Under the pieces are notes generated by a model that saw nothing but the letters and a program-made list of their open reading frames with translations, was not told the origin of the DNA and ran no database searches. A program made the translations under genes and the position numbers. This document shows, in pieces, positions 53,401 through 64,000 of a DNA stretch of 64,000 nt (the stretch's first letter is position 1; the number at the start of each line of letters is the position of its first letter). Origin of the DNA: Microcoleus sp. (GTDB taxonomy: Bacteria; Cyanobacteriota; Cyanobacteriia; Cyanobacteriales; Microcoleaceae); the NCBI GenBank assembly GCA_052279835.1, contig CP181291.1, positions 3,200,001 through 3,264,000 on the forward strand, given 5' to 3'.

Positions 53401-54462
53401 TTAATCCCGACTGTGAGTCGCTCCATTCGGCAAAATTGCGCCGCCCAAAGCCGCTTCATTTAAATTAGCAACATTCAAACTCGCCCCAATCAAATTAGCC
53501 TCAGATAAATTAGTTCCTGTTAAATTTGCTCCCGCCAGAGAACTGAGCAGCAAACCAGCTCCCGACAAATTAGCACCACTCAAATTCGCCCCGCGCAAAT
53601 CCGCTTCCAGCAAGCTAGCACCCGACAAATTAGCACCGCTTAAATTAGCTCCCCGCAAAGCAGCTTTGTTCAAATTCGCACCCCTCAAATTAGCATTGTG
53701 CAGAATCAAACCATTTAAATTAGCTTTACTCAAATTAGCGCCTTGCAAATCAGCACCATTCAAATTAGATCCATTCAAATTAGCAGATTGTAAGTCAGCA
53801 CCGCTCAAGTCAGCACCGCTCAAATTAGCCGCGCACATACAAACTTCTCGCAGACTTGCTTCGCTCAAAGAAGCTCCCACCAAATTAATACCGCCAAGAT
53901 TGCCGCGATTTATATAAGCTCGAATCAGAGTTGCACCGCTGAGGTTAGCCCCGCTCAAATCTATTTCGCTCATAATGGCTCTAATGAGATTTGCTTTGCT
54001 CAAATCAACTCCACTCATAATGGCTCGACTCAGCGTCGCCCCGCTCAAATTAGCCTCAGTTAGTTTGGAGCCACTGAGCATACAAGCTCCCAGTAAACTG
54101 GCTCCAGTCAGAATAGCTCTGCTCCAGTCAGCCTGAGACAATATGGCTCCGCTGAGATTGGCACCGCTAAAATCTGCTCCATTCGCCATCGTTCCAGTTA
54201 AACTAGAACTGCCGAGATTCGCTTCAATCAGTTTCGCCTTAGATAAATTAGCGCCGCTCAAGTCGGCTCCGTTTAAATTAGCTCCAATCAGTTTGCTTTT
54301 AATTAAGTTAGCACCTTTCAAATTAGCATTGCTCAAATTGGTCCGACTGAGATTAGCTTCGCTGAGATTAGCTTTAATGAGGTTAGCACCTCGAAAATCT
54401 CTTTCTCCGTTTCTATGTCTAATTAAAAATTCATCAGCACTTAACTGTTCAGTGGAATTCAT
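53401..54462 (-). CDS. Pentapeptide repeat protein
   Basis: continuous A(N/D)LxG repeats; GERDFRG N-terminus. Confidence 0.95.
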   Translation of the reverse strand: MNSTEQLSADEFLIRHRNGERDFRGANLIKANLSEANLSRTNLSNANLKGANLIKSKLIGANLNGADLSGANLSKAKLIEANLGSSSLTGTMANGADFSGANLSGAILSQADWSRAILTGASLLGACMLSGSKLTEANLSGATLSRAIMSGVDLSKANLIRAIMSEIDLSGANLSGATLIRAYINRGNLGGINLVGASLSEASLREVCMCAANLSGADLSGADLQSANLNGSNLNGADLQGANLSKANLNGLILHNANLRGANLNKAALRGANLSGANLSGASLLEADLRGANLSGANLSGAGLLLSSLAGANLTGTNLSEANLIGASLNVANLNEAALGGAILPNGATHSRD

Positions 54463-55733
54463 AAAAAAATTGAGTGAGTTTCCTTGCTTTCTCGATTCGA
54501 TGTTCTATGCAGTCTGAAAAATTCGTAGTTTCGAGGTTGCCAGTATTTTTTTAAACAAATACTTACTGCAACAGCAAAAATCGCAAAAACTGGTAGATTC
54601 CCAGCAGCATCCTGCGAGGGAATTGAGAATTTTGTTAATAGTTAGTTTTCGGTCGTTATGAGTTAATTAGTTATTAGTGATTAGTTGTATTTTTTACTAA
54701 CTGCTAACTGCTAACTATTAACTACTAACCATTTACCAAAATACTTAGTAGTTGTCGATCGCGCCTAGGAGCGATCGAGTATTTGGGGTATCGGTGGTGG
54801 CACAGAGGCCACATTCTGACCCGAAAAATTGCTGCTACAGGCGATCGATATTAGTCCCAGAAACCCTCAAGAGAGTAGAGCTTAAACACTTCTACCTTGT
54901 AGCATCTGCTTGATACCTTCGAGAACCAGTGACAGCAGCACCCGGTCAGCTCAGCTAGTGTCACCTCCCCCCACTGTGCATAGTGCCAGTGAAAGCCAAC
55001 AGGAAGGCTCTTTCCCTCTGAGTTCTGAGCCGGTCACAAACGAAGGAAGCAACAGGCTATCCCTCGCCTGCAATTTCGCATAAAGACTCTCCGCGAGCCA
55101 TTTCCGTGCTCCCGCGCTGATGTGCTTGCTGTTAATCTTGATTCGATCCATGAGCGCTTGCGGTTCTAATTAACAGAACACCTGACACTAGACGCACTCT
55201 CGGACATCATAGCTGTTCCTGGGCTTCTCAAATGCTTCGCTGAGGCATTCCCAGGAAAACTGTATTCCTGTAGCAGGTCTTGCCAACGGCAATTAGGCTG
55301 CTCCATCCAACCAATTGCCAACCTAAGTGTTGGGGGAATCTGTTCTAGAGCCCTCAATCTTGGCTGGCGACGACAATATTGTTTTAATAGTTGCCGACCA
55401 CCGCAGACCTTACTCGGCGCGTGGGACTGGACTACTTCACATCTATAAGTTGCTGAAATTAGTGGCCCCATAACTTAAAGATAGTCGCGATCGATGAACC
55501 GAGCAATATCTGCTGTAAGGTATGCCGTGTAGTTAAATCATACTCCGTCCTTAGCAAGTAAGCAGTAGTGAGTGTTACAGACACAAAATTATGACCAATG
55601 TGGTGTATAAAAATTAATGTTAAGAATTAATTTGACTGTGGAGCGGCTGGTCGGGAACAGGGATTAGCCCAGTCCACGACACAAATCCAAATCGCACTGT
55701 GGAAAAGCAGTTTTTTTTACTTTCCATAAAAAA

Positions 55734-55772
55734 TCCCAAGTCGGCAATTTATCTGAAATTGCCGACTTGGGA
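55734..55772 (-). terminator. Intrinsic terminator
   Basis: 17-bp perfect stem TCCCAAGTCGGCAATTT with a U-tract on the minus strand. Confidence 0.8.
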
Positions 55773-55816
55773 GATGATTTTGCGGTTAAATATCTATTCG
55801 CAAAAGCTGAGTTCAC

Positions 55817-57026
55817 TTACAGGCGACTGTTGCTAGTAACACCCTGATTTGGGTCATAAATATGAGGAGTGGTCTCAACTCCAGGAGCGCCGGGAACACC
55901 GTAGTCAGTGCGAGCATTATCCACGCTGGGATAATCGTAGATGCCCAAGTTCTGAACACCTCCCTTGTTGAGAATCGTTTCGGCTTTGGCGACTTCTGCT
56001 TCACTACCGTTGAGCAGTACCAGATAGTCTCCGCGAGATACCCGCTCGCTGTATGCTTTAGCTTCATCTTCGGGAATTCCCAAACCAGCTAGGGCTCCGA
56101 TCAAACTACCTGCTGTGGCACCCAAAGCAGTACCGGCCAGTGTAGTCGCAATCGCCGTAGCTTCAGCACCCGCCAACATAATCGGTCCAATACCGGGAAT
56201 GGCCAACAAGCCCAGACCCTACCAACAAACCAGTCAAACCGCCCAAAGCGCCACCGGTGAGAGCGCCCTTAGTAGCACCTTCATCAGCCTTATTGTCCGC
56301 GCCCTCTTTGACATCAATACCTGCAATTTCGCCCTTAGAGTCGGCATCCTTAGCGATGACCGAAACCCGATCCATATCGAAACCAGCAGCTCTAAGCTCT
56401 GTGAGCGCTTGTTCCGTCTCACGTCTGGTAGAAAATACGCCCACAGCGCGCTTGTGGCGGCCCGAAGCTTTACGGTGAGTGTCTACCGGTATATCGTAAA
56501 TACCCCAATCTTGAATACCCCGGACACTGAAAATTCCTTCAGCGGTAGCAATTTCCTCATCGGTACCTTCTACGAATACCAAATATTCTCCACGGGAAAT
56601 GCGATCGCTATAAATTTTAGCTTTGTCATCTGGAACTCCCAAACCTACCAAACCGCCAACTAAACCTCCCGCAGCGGCCCCAATCGCGCCTCCGACAGCA
56701 GTGTCAGCCAGCAAAGTTGCCAGAGCTCCCCCAGCCATCACAGGGCCAACTCCCGGAATCGCCAGCGCACCAATGCTTCCGAGCAAACCAATCAAACCCC
56801 CAGTCACAACTCCCGCCGTCGCCCCTGCTTTCGCGCCACCGGCAACTTGGTCATCGGTACTCTTACCCGCAGTCGCACCTGCGATTTTGCCTCCCTCCAG
56901 ATTTTCGCCCACTACCGAAACTCTATTCATCGGAAACCCTGCACTTTGTAGTTCCATGAGAGCGAGTTCAGTATCTCGGTAATTAGAAAATACTCCTACA
57001 GCCCGTTTGTGTTGACCTAAAGCCAT
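55817..57026 (-). CDS. General stress protein (tandem 17M/YflT-like domains), split by an extra G at about 56217-56219
   Basis: two HKRAVGVFS domains; LLVG|LGLLAIPGIGP restored by deleting one G. Confidence 0.8.
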
Positions 57027-57351
57027 TTTTTTTCTCCTTCAAAATATTCTAGTTTTAACTTGTCAACAACTACAGAATTTAATTTCTGTTTGCTGCTATT
57101 AATATAAATTAAGTCATTTTTTACCTAACAAATTCATCGCTCGTTGGACATAACTTGCTTCTGTATCTTCCGACCGATATTCAATGGTTTTCCACGGAGT
57201 AAATCCATCTCTCCATTAGAGATTTAAAAGTAAAGAATTTGCTCATTTTATGCTGAGTAACCAGGATTGAGATAAACAAAAAAAGTCCCAGGAGAAGGGG
57301 ACTCATAAATCTAGGGGATATTCAAGTCTGATTTGGTATTACTACTGAAGC

Positions 57352-57816
57352 TTATTTGGCTGTAGCCGGGGCAACAACTGCGGTAACATTCACTGTTTTG
57401 ACACCCTTAATCTGTTTAGCCAAGGGTTCAATTTTAGCTAAATCTTGTTGGTTTGGAACTGTTCCTCCGATGGTAACTGCCCCATCTTTGGCATCCACAG
57501 TTAGCTGACCTTTCGTAATATTGACTTCCAACTTAGAGCGCACTTCACTTTTGAGGTCGCCGTCGGCTCTAATGGCATCGCCACCTGTCACATTGTTGCG
57601 CTGTTCTCGCGCCCTAATATCAGAATTAGCTTGGGCTTTGCGAATATCGCTAGTTGCGTCGCCCTGAGTTTTTTTGACTGTCTCGGCTGCGGGAGGACTA
57701 GCCGTAGTTTGTGTGGCGGAATTAGGAGCATCAGCGCTAGTTTTTGCACCTTCACTGCAAGCTACTGCTCCAAATAAAAGAATGCCGCCGATCAAAAATG
57801 GTGTTATTTTGTTCAT
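57352..57816 (-). CDS. BON domain lipoprotein
   Basis: lipobox GAVAC; SDIRKAQANSDIRAREQR; VDAKDGAVTIGG..IKGVKTV. Confidence 0.88.
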   Translation of the reverse strand: MNKITPFLIGGILLFGAVACSEGAKTSADAPNSATQTTASPPAAETVKKTQGDATSDIRKAQANSDIRAREQRNNVTGGDAIRADGDLKSEVRSKLEVNITKGQLTVDAKDGAVTIGGTVPNQQDLAKIEPLAKQIKGVKTVNVTAVVAPATAK

Positions 57817-58021
57817 AATATTTGAATACCCAACAGGTAAGTTTTAGGTGATAGGACTGATTCTTTGGCTTTTGTGGGTGGAATTTAAAAAACCTTATCT
57901 TTAATAATAAATATCTTTGTAAATAGCTACATCGCTCTACAGGTGTAACTTTGTTCTATGTCGTTAGACATAGTAAAAAAAATCATGGAGCCAGGATGGG
58001 GATAATTTTGATATATTTGAA

Positions 58022-58175
58022 GTAATGGGTAATTGGTAATGGGTAATTGGTAATGGGTAATTGGTAATTGGTAATTGGTAATGCCCAAGTGTCCCATGCC
58101 CCATTCCCCATACTTCGACAACGCTGGAGCCCAAGTGCCCCATGCCCCATTACCCATTACCCATTACCCATTACC
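58022..58175. repeat. STRR heptamer arrays (GGTAATT/GGTAATG and inverted CCCATTA)
   Basis: tandem heptamers in inverted arrangement; similar arrays at 53272-53305 and 54637-54735. Confidence 0.85.
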
Positions 58176-58255
58176 TAGTACCCACCTAACTGAGAAAGGC
58201 TATAGATTGTTTGCTCGCCTAAAATATCTGTAAAACCCGCCCGGAATTATCTCAA

Positions 58256-59020
58256 CTATCTCGTGACGCATTGTCCGCCCACGACTACCCGACACTGATT
58301 TCGGCTATCATCAATCCGAGCCGAATCTAAATTCCTAGTGCGCGGGTTATAGTAATAATCTCCCTGGGGATAATCGCGAGTTGGTATGGCACAATAAGTC
58401 GTATCTCCATCATCAAACCTTACTCTCACCAGAGAACGTCTCTGGTTACAGTCCACAGCCCGCAAACCCAAATCATCTCGCAAAATCTGTTCTCCGTCGT
58501 ACCTGTTGTTATTATCTCTCCGATTGGAGCGCCCGTTATTGTTCCTGTTGTCCCGCCAATCCCTAGCCCTTCTGTCACCCTGAATTCCAGAAACTTCCAA
58601 CGTATAATTTCCGCCCCTGGTAGCATCTTTTGCTAACACTAACAGTCGATAATCGCCACTACGGGGAATCTGATAATTAAAAGAAGTCTCTTGGGTAAAA
58701 GCTACTTGTTTGTTATTGCCGTAAAACAGCACCATTACAGGAGTAAAACCGCCACTTCTGTTAGTGTTTAAATAAACTTGGATATCATCGCCTTCGTTAG
58801 CAGTGAAAGTGTATTCTTGACCGCGTAATTCTTCGGTTGGTGATCCTGGTACCCACATATTTCGGAACCGGTAGATGGTGGATGTGCGACGAATTACTCC
58901 GTCGAGGCGATCGCCATTGCTGATTTGTTCAGCCCCAGCACCTGGTGAAATTCCAGTGAGTGCTAATCCTGCAACTAGCACAGCGGCGGTAATATTTTTT
59001 AACAATTTGTCTGTTTTCAT
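58256..59020 (-). CDS. Secreted PPC-like (pre-peptidase C-terminal) domain protein
   Basis: signal peptide; YTFTANEGD, IPRSGDYRLLV, GNYTLEV; GAGGTG RBS. Confidence 0.7.
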   Translation of the reverse strand: MKTDKLLKNITAAVLVAGLALTGISPGAGAEQISNGDRLDGVIRRTSTIYRFRNMWVPGSPTEELRGQEYTFTANEGDDIQVYLNTNRSGGFTPVMVLFYGNNKQVAFTQETSFNYQIPRSGDYRLLVLAKDATRGGNYTLEVSGIQGDRRARDWRDNRNNNGRSNRRDNNNRYDGEQILRDDLGLRAVDCNQRRSLVRVRFDDGDTTYCAIPTRDYPQGDYYYNPRTRNLDSARIDDSRNQCRVVVGGQCVTR

Positions 59021-59248
59021 ATTCACCTCTTTGGGTAATTTTTTAATTTTTTTGGCTGTGTTTACACCGACATTTGCACAGATCAAGGCGGTAATGGATC
59101 GTCGATAAAAGACTACATTTTAAATATACTTTCGCTCATCCAGTTTCAACCTCACCCAACAGGACTATTTAGCTACTGCAAAGTGCGATCGCTCAGAATT
59201 TAGCACAAAGGTGGTTAATTATTGTTCATCCTATCTAAACAGTAATTT

Positions 59249-60157
59249 TTACCCGCAAATGAGCACTCCCGATTCAGCATCGAGATTTGCCATAATTCCC
59301 ATTGGTAAAGCAGCGTTAACTCCGTCGTGTCCAAAGGGTAAATCCGAGACAATGGGAATATTTAAGTCACCCAGGCGATCGCGCAAAACTTCTTCTACAC
59401 TAAAACTGGGAATCTGCGGGTCAATCTCGCAACGACTAAAACGTCCCAAAGCAATCCCCTGCACCCCTATAAAAGCCCCCGCCATCCGCCACTGAGTCAA
59501 CATTCGATCGATCCTGTAAGGAGCCTCTGAAACATCCTCAAAGGCCAGAATCACCCCGGTTAAATCCGGTTGATAGGGGGTTCCGAGCAAATGAGTAGCC
59601 ACCGTCAGATTCGCGGGAAACAGCCTCCCCGTAGCTTTTCGACCACCCCATCCCTTACCTTGTAAAGATGGTAACGGACGACCTTCTACATAGTCAAAAA
59701 GACGATCGACAGACCAATCAGGTTCCAGGCCCAAAGTAGTCAGCAGTGGCCCGTGAACGCCCGAAATACCTAATTTATCGTGATTCCAGAGCAAAGCCGT
59801 AATATCTGAAAAGCCAATCAGCCATTTCGGAGAATGGGAATCAGGAAATGGCGATTGAGTATTTTTTGCCAATTTTCCTGTTTCCAAAAGTCGAGTGCTG
59901 CCGAAACCTCCGCGCACGCATAGAATACCGCGACAATCTGGGTCCTTAAGGGCATCTGTGAGTTGTTGGAGTCTGTTTTCGTCAGAACCAGCCAAATAGC
60001 CCCAGCGATCGTCAAAACCGGGACTTAATTCAACTCGATAGCCGCGGGATTTCCAAATTTCTACACCACGTTCAAAGTTAGTTAATTCTCGCAAAGTACC
60101 ACTAGGGGAAATTACTCTCAGCAAATCTCCTGGTTGTAGAAACTCTATGTTACTCAT
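59249..60157 (-). CDS. ldcA: LD-carboxypeptidase (peptidase S66)
   Basis: RGGFGS, IGFSDIT, FEDVSE, PFGH. Confidence 0.9.
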   Translation of the reverse strand: MSNIEFLQPGDLLRVISPSGTLRELTNFERGVEIWKSRGYRVELSPGFDDRWGYLAGSDENRLQQLTDALKDPDCRGILCVRGGFGSTRLLETGKLAKNTQSPFPDSHSPKWLIGFSDITALLWNHDKLGISGVHGPLLTTLGLEPDWSVDRLFDYVEGRPLPSLQGKGWGGRKATGRLFPANLTVATHLLGTPYQPDLTGVILAFEDVSEAPYRIDRMLTQWRMAGAFIGVQGIALGRFSRCEIDPQIPSFSVEEVLRDRLGDLNIPIVSDLPFGHDGVNAALPMGIMANLDAESGVLICG

Positions 60158-60207
60158 TGGTGATTGGTGATTTGTGATTTTTATATTATTCAGGATTTAC
60201 AAATCCC

Positions 60208-60318
60208 TATTTTGCATAGGCGAAGCATGACCGCAGACAATTTATTAGTTATAACCAGAGATTTACAGCCGTCATGCTTCGCCCCTAGGAATATATTGGC
60301 ACTCATTGAGATGCACCC
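60208..60318. repeat. Dispersed palindromic repeat family, copy D, flanked by a 15-bp direct repeat
   Basis: reverse complement of copy A; GGATTTACAAATCCC at 60193 and 60319. Confidence 0.8.
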
Positions 60319-60322
60319 GGAT

Positions 60323-61603
60323 TTACAAATCCCGATGACTAAACTTTTGAGACTGATTTCCCACATAACTAGCGGCAATATGGCCATCTCCCACCACTCG
60401 GTACTTGTACGTCACCAATCCCTCTAAACCAACAGGCCCGCGAGGTGGCATTTGCTGCGTGCTAATCCCAACTTCTGCACCAAAACCGTAGCGGAAACCA
60501 TCGGCAAATCGAGTGGAACAATTGTGATAAACTCCGGCTGCATCTACTCTATCTAAAAAGGTTTCGGCGGCTTCGCTATCTTCGGTGACAATTACATCTG
60601 TGTGTCGGGAACCGTAGGTATTGATGTGATTAATTGCTGCTTCCACAGAATCTACTATTTTGATTGACAAAATTAAATCGCTATATTCTGTAGACCAATC
60701 TGTTTCTGTAGCTGGGGCAATATCCAAGATTTCACGAGTTTTTTCGTCTCCCCGCAGTTCGACTTTTTTCTCCTGCAAGGCTGCGGCTACTAAAGGGAGA
60801 AATTTGGGAGCGATCGCACTGTGAACCAACATAGTTTCAATGGCATTACAGGCTGCCGGATACTGAGTTTTGGCATCGACGGCAATAGGAATTGCTTTGT
60901 GAATATCCGCAGCTTGGTCTGCATACAAATGACAAATTCCGTCGGCGTGTCCCAAGACGGGAATTCTGGTGTTTTCCTGCACGAACTGGACAAAAGAGTT
61001 GGAGCCTCTGGGAATAATTAAATCTATATATTTATCCATCTTTAGCAATTCGATTGTTTCTTCCCGCGTGGTTAGTAACTGCACAACCTGGGGATTGACT
61101 ACGGTTTCTGCTAAGGCTTGTTGAATGACTTTTGTGAGTATTTCGCAGGAACGGACTGCCTCTTTGCCACCTTTGAGAATCACGCCATTTCCTGATTTGA
61201 TTGCCAAGGATACTATCTGAATTAAAGCTTCGGGACGGGCTTCAAAAATAATTCCTAAAACGCCCAAAGGACAGGTAACGCGCTTCAGAATCAATCCTGC
61301 ATCCAATTCCCGGTGAATTTGCACGACACCGATCGGGTCTGGCAGTTTGGCAACGTCCCGCACACCGGCGATCGCACTTTTCAACTTCACCTCATCTAAC
61401 TTCAGGCGATCGTACAACGGTTTAGCAATGCCCTCGGCCTGAGCGGCTTGGCAATCTGCCACATTTGCCGCCACAATAGAGGGCGCAGCAACTTCTAAAG
61501 CTTTAGCAATAGCTTCAATAGCTTGATTTTTGGCATCCGCGGACAAAACGGCTAACTTTCTAGCAGCTTGGCGGGTGGTTTGGGCAATTTGGGCGATCGA
61601 CAT
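60323..61603 (-). CDS. proA: Gamma-glutamyl phosphate reductase
   Basis: IFEARP, LKGGKEA, IPRGS, ACNAIET, STRFADG, RGPVGL. Confidence 0.96.
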   Translation of the reverse strand: MSIAQIAQTTRQAARKLAVLSADAKNQAIEAIAKALEVAAPSIVAANVADCQAAQAEGIAKPLYDRLKLDEVKLKSAIAGVRDVAKLPDPIGVVQIHRELDAGLILKRVTCPLGVLGIIFEARPEALIQIVSLAIKSGNGVILKGGKEAVRSCEILTKVIQQALAETVVNPQVVQLLTTREETIELLKMDKYIDLIIPRGSNSFVQFVQENTRIPVLGHADGICHLYADQAADIHKAIPIAVDAKTQYPAACNAIETMLVHSAIAPKFLPLVAAALQEKKVELRGDEKTREILDIAPATETDWSTEYSDLILSIKIVDSVEAAINHINTYGSRHTDVIVTEDSEAAETFLDRVDAAGVYHNCSTRFADGFRYGFGAEVGISTQQMPPRGPVGLEGLVTYKYRVVGDGHIAASYVGNQSQKFSHRDL

Positions 61604-61777
61604 AACAGTAACTTGTCAAAAAATTATTATACTCAGTTTCTATTTTAACAAAACTAGAACAAATTCTATACTTTTGTTGAGAATCTGTACAACATTCCGA
61701 AGTTACAGGCTAAAACAGTGAAGTATATACAAAGCATGACGGACATTCCTCTTTTAAAATAACCTTTGGAGATTATT

Positions 61778-63490
61778 ATGTCTTCTCAATCCCGTTTACA
61801 CAAGACAGGAAGAGCTGCCAAAGCTGGTGTTAAGCTGGTACAAAAAACGGGAGGAAATCTCGTTTTAGCTTCCGGTGTCACCATCACCTTGCTATTAGGT
61901 ATGGTGTTAGCCTTATCCTTAGCGGCAGTTTTCATTATCAATAGTCCCGATCCAGTAACCGGATTGGTGATCGCACTTCCGATTACGCTAATTTTCAACA
62001 TCGCCGCTTTTTTCTTCTCACCTTGGTTAATGGACTTAACCCAAAACTGGCTTTACAATACTCGGTGGGTTTCCCTAGCAGAAATTGAAGACAAAAGTCC
62101 TGAAACAGCGAAAGTTATTCAGAAAGTTTGTCAGCAGCACAAATTGAAGCAACCACGGTTAGGAATTATCGACGACCAAAACCCCACTGCTTTTACCTAC
62201 GGTTCCTTTCCAAACAGCGCTCGCGTCGTCGTCAGTGAAGGTCTTTTTACCTATTTAGATGACGATGAAGTTGCCACTGTTTACGCCCACGAACTCGGTC
62301 ACATCGTCCACTGGGATTTTGCAGTCATGACTTTAGCTTCGACTTTAGTGCAGATTACTTATTTAATTTACACTACGGCTCACAGGCTCGGCAATAGGGG
62401 TGGGGAAAAAGTGAAAGATGCGGCCAGTTCCGTTGCCGCTGTGGCTTATTTGTTTTACATTGTCGGCACTTATTTGTTACTATACTTGTCGCGCACCAGG
62501 GAATATTTTGCTGACCATTTTGCTGCTGAAACTACTGGCAACCCCAATGCTTTGTCCCGCGCTTTAGTCAAAATTGCTTACGGGATTTTGGAAGAAGGAC
62601 AAAGGGCAACAGAACCCAGCCACTTATTAGAAGGAACTCGCGCTTTAGGCATTTACGATGCCAAAGCTGCCACATCTACAGGCACTGCTTACCGGATTTC
62701 TTCGGAACCAGAAAAGATTGGGCGGGTATTTTTGTGGGATATGTTTAATCCTTGGGCTTGGTGGATGGAGTTGAATTCGACTCACCCGCTGACTGGTAAA
62801 CGAGTTCGCGCTTTGAGCACCTATGCGGAACAATTAGGCTTAGATATTGAGTTTGATATGGGCAGGATTGTCGGCGAAGGCCACAATTTGAGCAAGCGGA
62901 AATTGTACGGCAATTTTGTTTTAGATTTGCTGCTTTACAGTGCAGAAATTGTGGGTTTGTCTGTTGGTTTTGCGATCGGCATTTCCCTGTTTGCACCCAA
63001 TCCAATGATGATGATTGCCTGTCCTTTAATCGGTTTGGGTACGGGGATTTTGCTGAAGACTTTGGTAATGTTCCCGACATACAACCAAGCAGAGAGTTTG
63101 GATGTTTTAACCTTAATGTCTGACCCCTATGCTAGTCCTTTGCGGGGTCAACCTGCGAAACTTCAGGGCGAATTAATTGGTCGCGGTGATGCTGGTTATG
63201 CTTTCGGTTCTGATTTGAAATTGCAAGATAGAACCGGGATGATTTATCTGCGTTATGCTTCTCGTTTTGGCCCGATTGGTAATTTTCTGTTTGGGATGAA
63301 ACGGGTGAAAAGTTTGATTGGGATGGAGGTTCAGGCTTTGGGTTGGTTCCGGCGCGGTGTCGCACCTTGGATGGATTTAATTCAGCTTGAAAGCGATAGC
63401 GGTACGACGGTTAATAGTTATCACCGCTTCTGGTCTTTGCTATTGGCTATTGGGGCGATCGCGATCGGTATTGCATCGCTATTTCTGTAA
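61778..63490 (+). CDS. htpX: M48 zinc metalloprotease, HtpX family
   Basis: AHELGH, SRTREYFAD, STHP. Confidence 0.88.
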   Translation: MSSQSRLHKTGRAAKAGVKLVQKTGGNLVLASGVTITLLLGMVLALSLAAVFIINSPDPVTGLVIALPITLIFNIAAFFFSPWLMDLTQNWLYNTRWVSLAEIEDKSPETAKVIQKVCQQHKLKQPRLGIIDDQNPTAFTYGSFPNSARVVVSEGLFTYLDDDEVATVYAHELGHIVHWDFAVMTLASTLVQITYLIYTTAHRLGNRGGEKVKDAASSVAAVAYLFYIVGTYLLLYLSRTREYFADHFAAETTGNPNALSRALVKIAYGILEEGQRATEPSHLLEGTRALGIYDAKAATSTGTAYRISSEPEKIGRVFLWDMFNPWAWWMELNSTHPLTGKRVRALSTYAEQLGLDIEFDMGRIVGEGHNLSKRKLYGNFVLDLLLYSAEIVGLSVGFAIGISLFAPNPMMMIACPLIGLGTGILLKTLVMFPTYNQAESLDVLTLMSDPYASPLRGQPAKLQGELIGRGDAGYAFGSDLKLQDRTGMIYLRYASRFGPIGNFLFGMKRVKSLIGMEVQALGWFRRGVAPWMDLIQLESDSGTTVNSYHRFWSLLLAIGAIAIGIASLFL

Positions 63491-63503
63491 TTTCTCTTCT
63501 GTT

Positions 63504-63536
63504 AGCACTCCGACTTTTTTCATAAGTCGGGGTGCT
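63504..63536. terminator. Hairpin between convergent genes
   Basis: AGCACTCCGACTT...AAGTCGGGGTGCT. Confidence 0.65.
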
Positions 63537-63555
63537 GGTATTTGGCTTTTTTAGT

Positions 63556-64000
63556 TTAGTTGCTCATAAATGGTTTCTCAAAGATTATATGAAAAATATA
63601 AGCACTCAAGAGGCATAGTGGTAATCCTAATAGTGAAAGTAGGATAAAATTGACTAAAGGTGTTCGCATTACATCTTTGAGACCGAATTGAAGTAGTGCC
63701 ATTGCTATGGTGTGTACTAAGTACAGGCTATAAGAAAAAGACCCTAATTTAACTAGCCATCGCCCTTCTAATATCTTCAAAATACCTTGGAAATTAGTTT
63801 TTAATCCCTCCGATAAAAACCGCGTGCAGGAGATAATTAACCCCGTAGCTACTAGACCCAATAAAATATCGTCAAAAATGATGTTTACTTGAATCAGATC
63901 GAAGGCATTGGCAATGACTAAACTAATCCAAATTCCACCTAGTAGACTCGTCACTAAATCCCAAGGAAATCTTTCTTTCAATTTTACTAAGGATTGCTTT
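63556..64000 (-). CDS. Acyltransferase 3 (OafA-like), C-terminal part running off the window
   Basis: LGSFSYSLYLVH, FEKPF; frame open to the window edge. Confidence 0.85.
   Translation of the reverse strand, partial: KQSLVKLKERFPWDLVTSLLGGIWISLVIANAFDLIQVNIIFDDILLGLVATGLIISCTRFLSEGLKTNFQGILKILEGRWLVKLGSFSYSLYLVHTIAMALLQFGLKDVMRTPLVNFILLSLLGLPLCLLSAYIFHIIFEKPFMSN

Noticed and set aside
57927..58157. 76-aa ORF with ITNYQLP repeats
   Set aside because: Translation of STRR heptamers

Overview
Cyanobacterial chromosome segment. HIP1 (GCGATCGC) is dense, and heptamer STRR-type and GTAG-type REP repeats occur throughout; the style fits a filamentous Oscillatoriales such as Microcoleus/Tychonema (inference). 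The backbone is housekeeping: a cruE-like desaturase, DUF3084-ntcA-fabI-hisB, typA, a YqgF-like nuclease, a radical SAM protein, leuD, an ABC1 kinase, tRNA-Glu, an M42 peptidase, queF, speD, an LD-carboxypeptidase, proA and htpX. There are three accessory blocks. (1) At 8.9-12.3 kb, a toxin-antitoxin island with three tandem, diverged RelE/HigB-type toxin plus antidote modules and the relic of a fourth. Its module boundaries carry HIP1 sites, some interrupted by 21-nt SDR5-like inserts. It also holds an uncharacterised overlapping gene pair whose downstream protein has a Cys/His motif suggestive of a papain-like fold; this is the best candidate for an undescribed system. (2) An Rpn nuclease with a strong internal SD/ATG that could make an RpnS-like inhibitor. 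(3) A 20-kb signalling cluster (25.8-45.8 kb): two CBS-cyanobacteriochrome-PAS hybrid kinases, a bacteriophytochrome hybrid kinase, REC-GGDEF-EAL, REC-HK and an adenylate cyclase. Three genes are split by +1 insertions in short homopolymers, two of them at GAAACTG; these may be assembly errors. All family calls come from motif recognition, not database searches.
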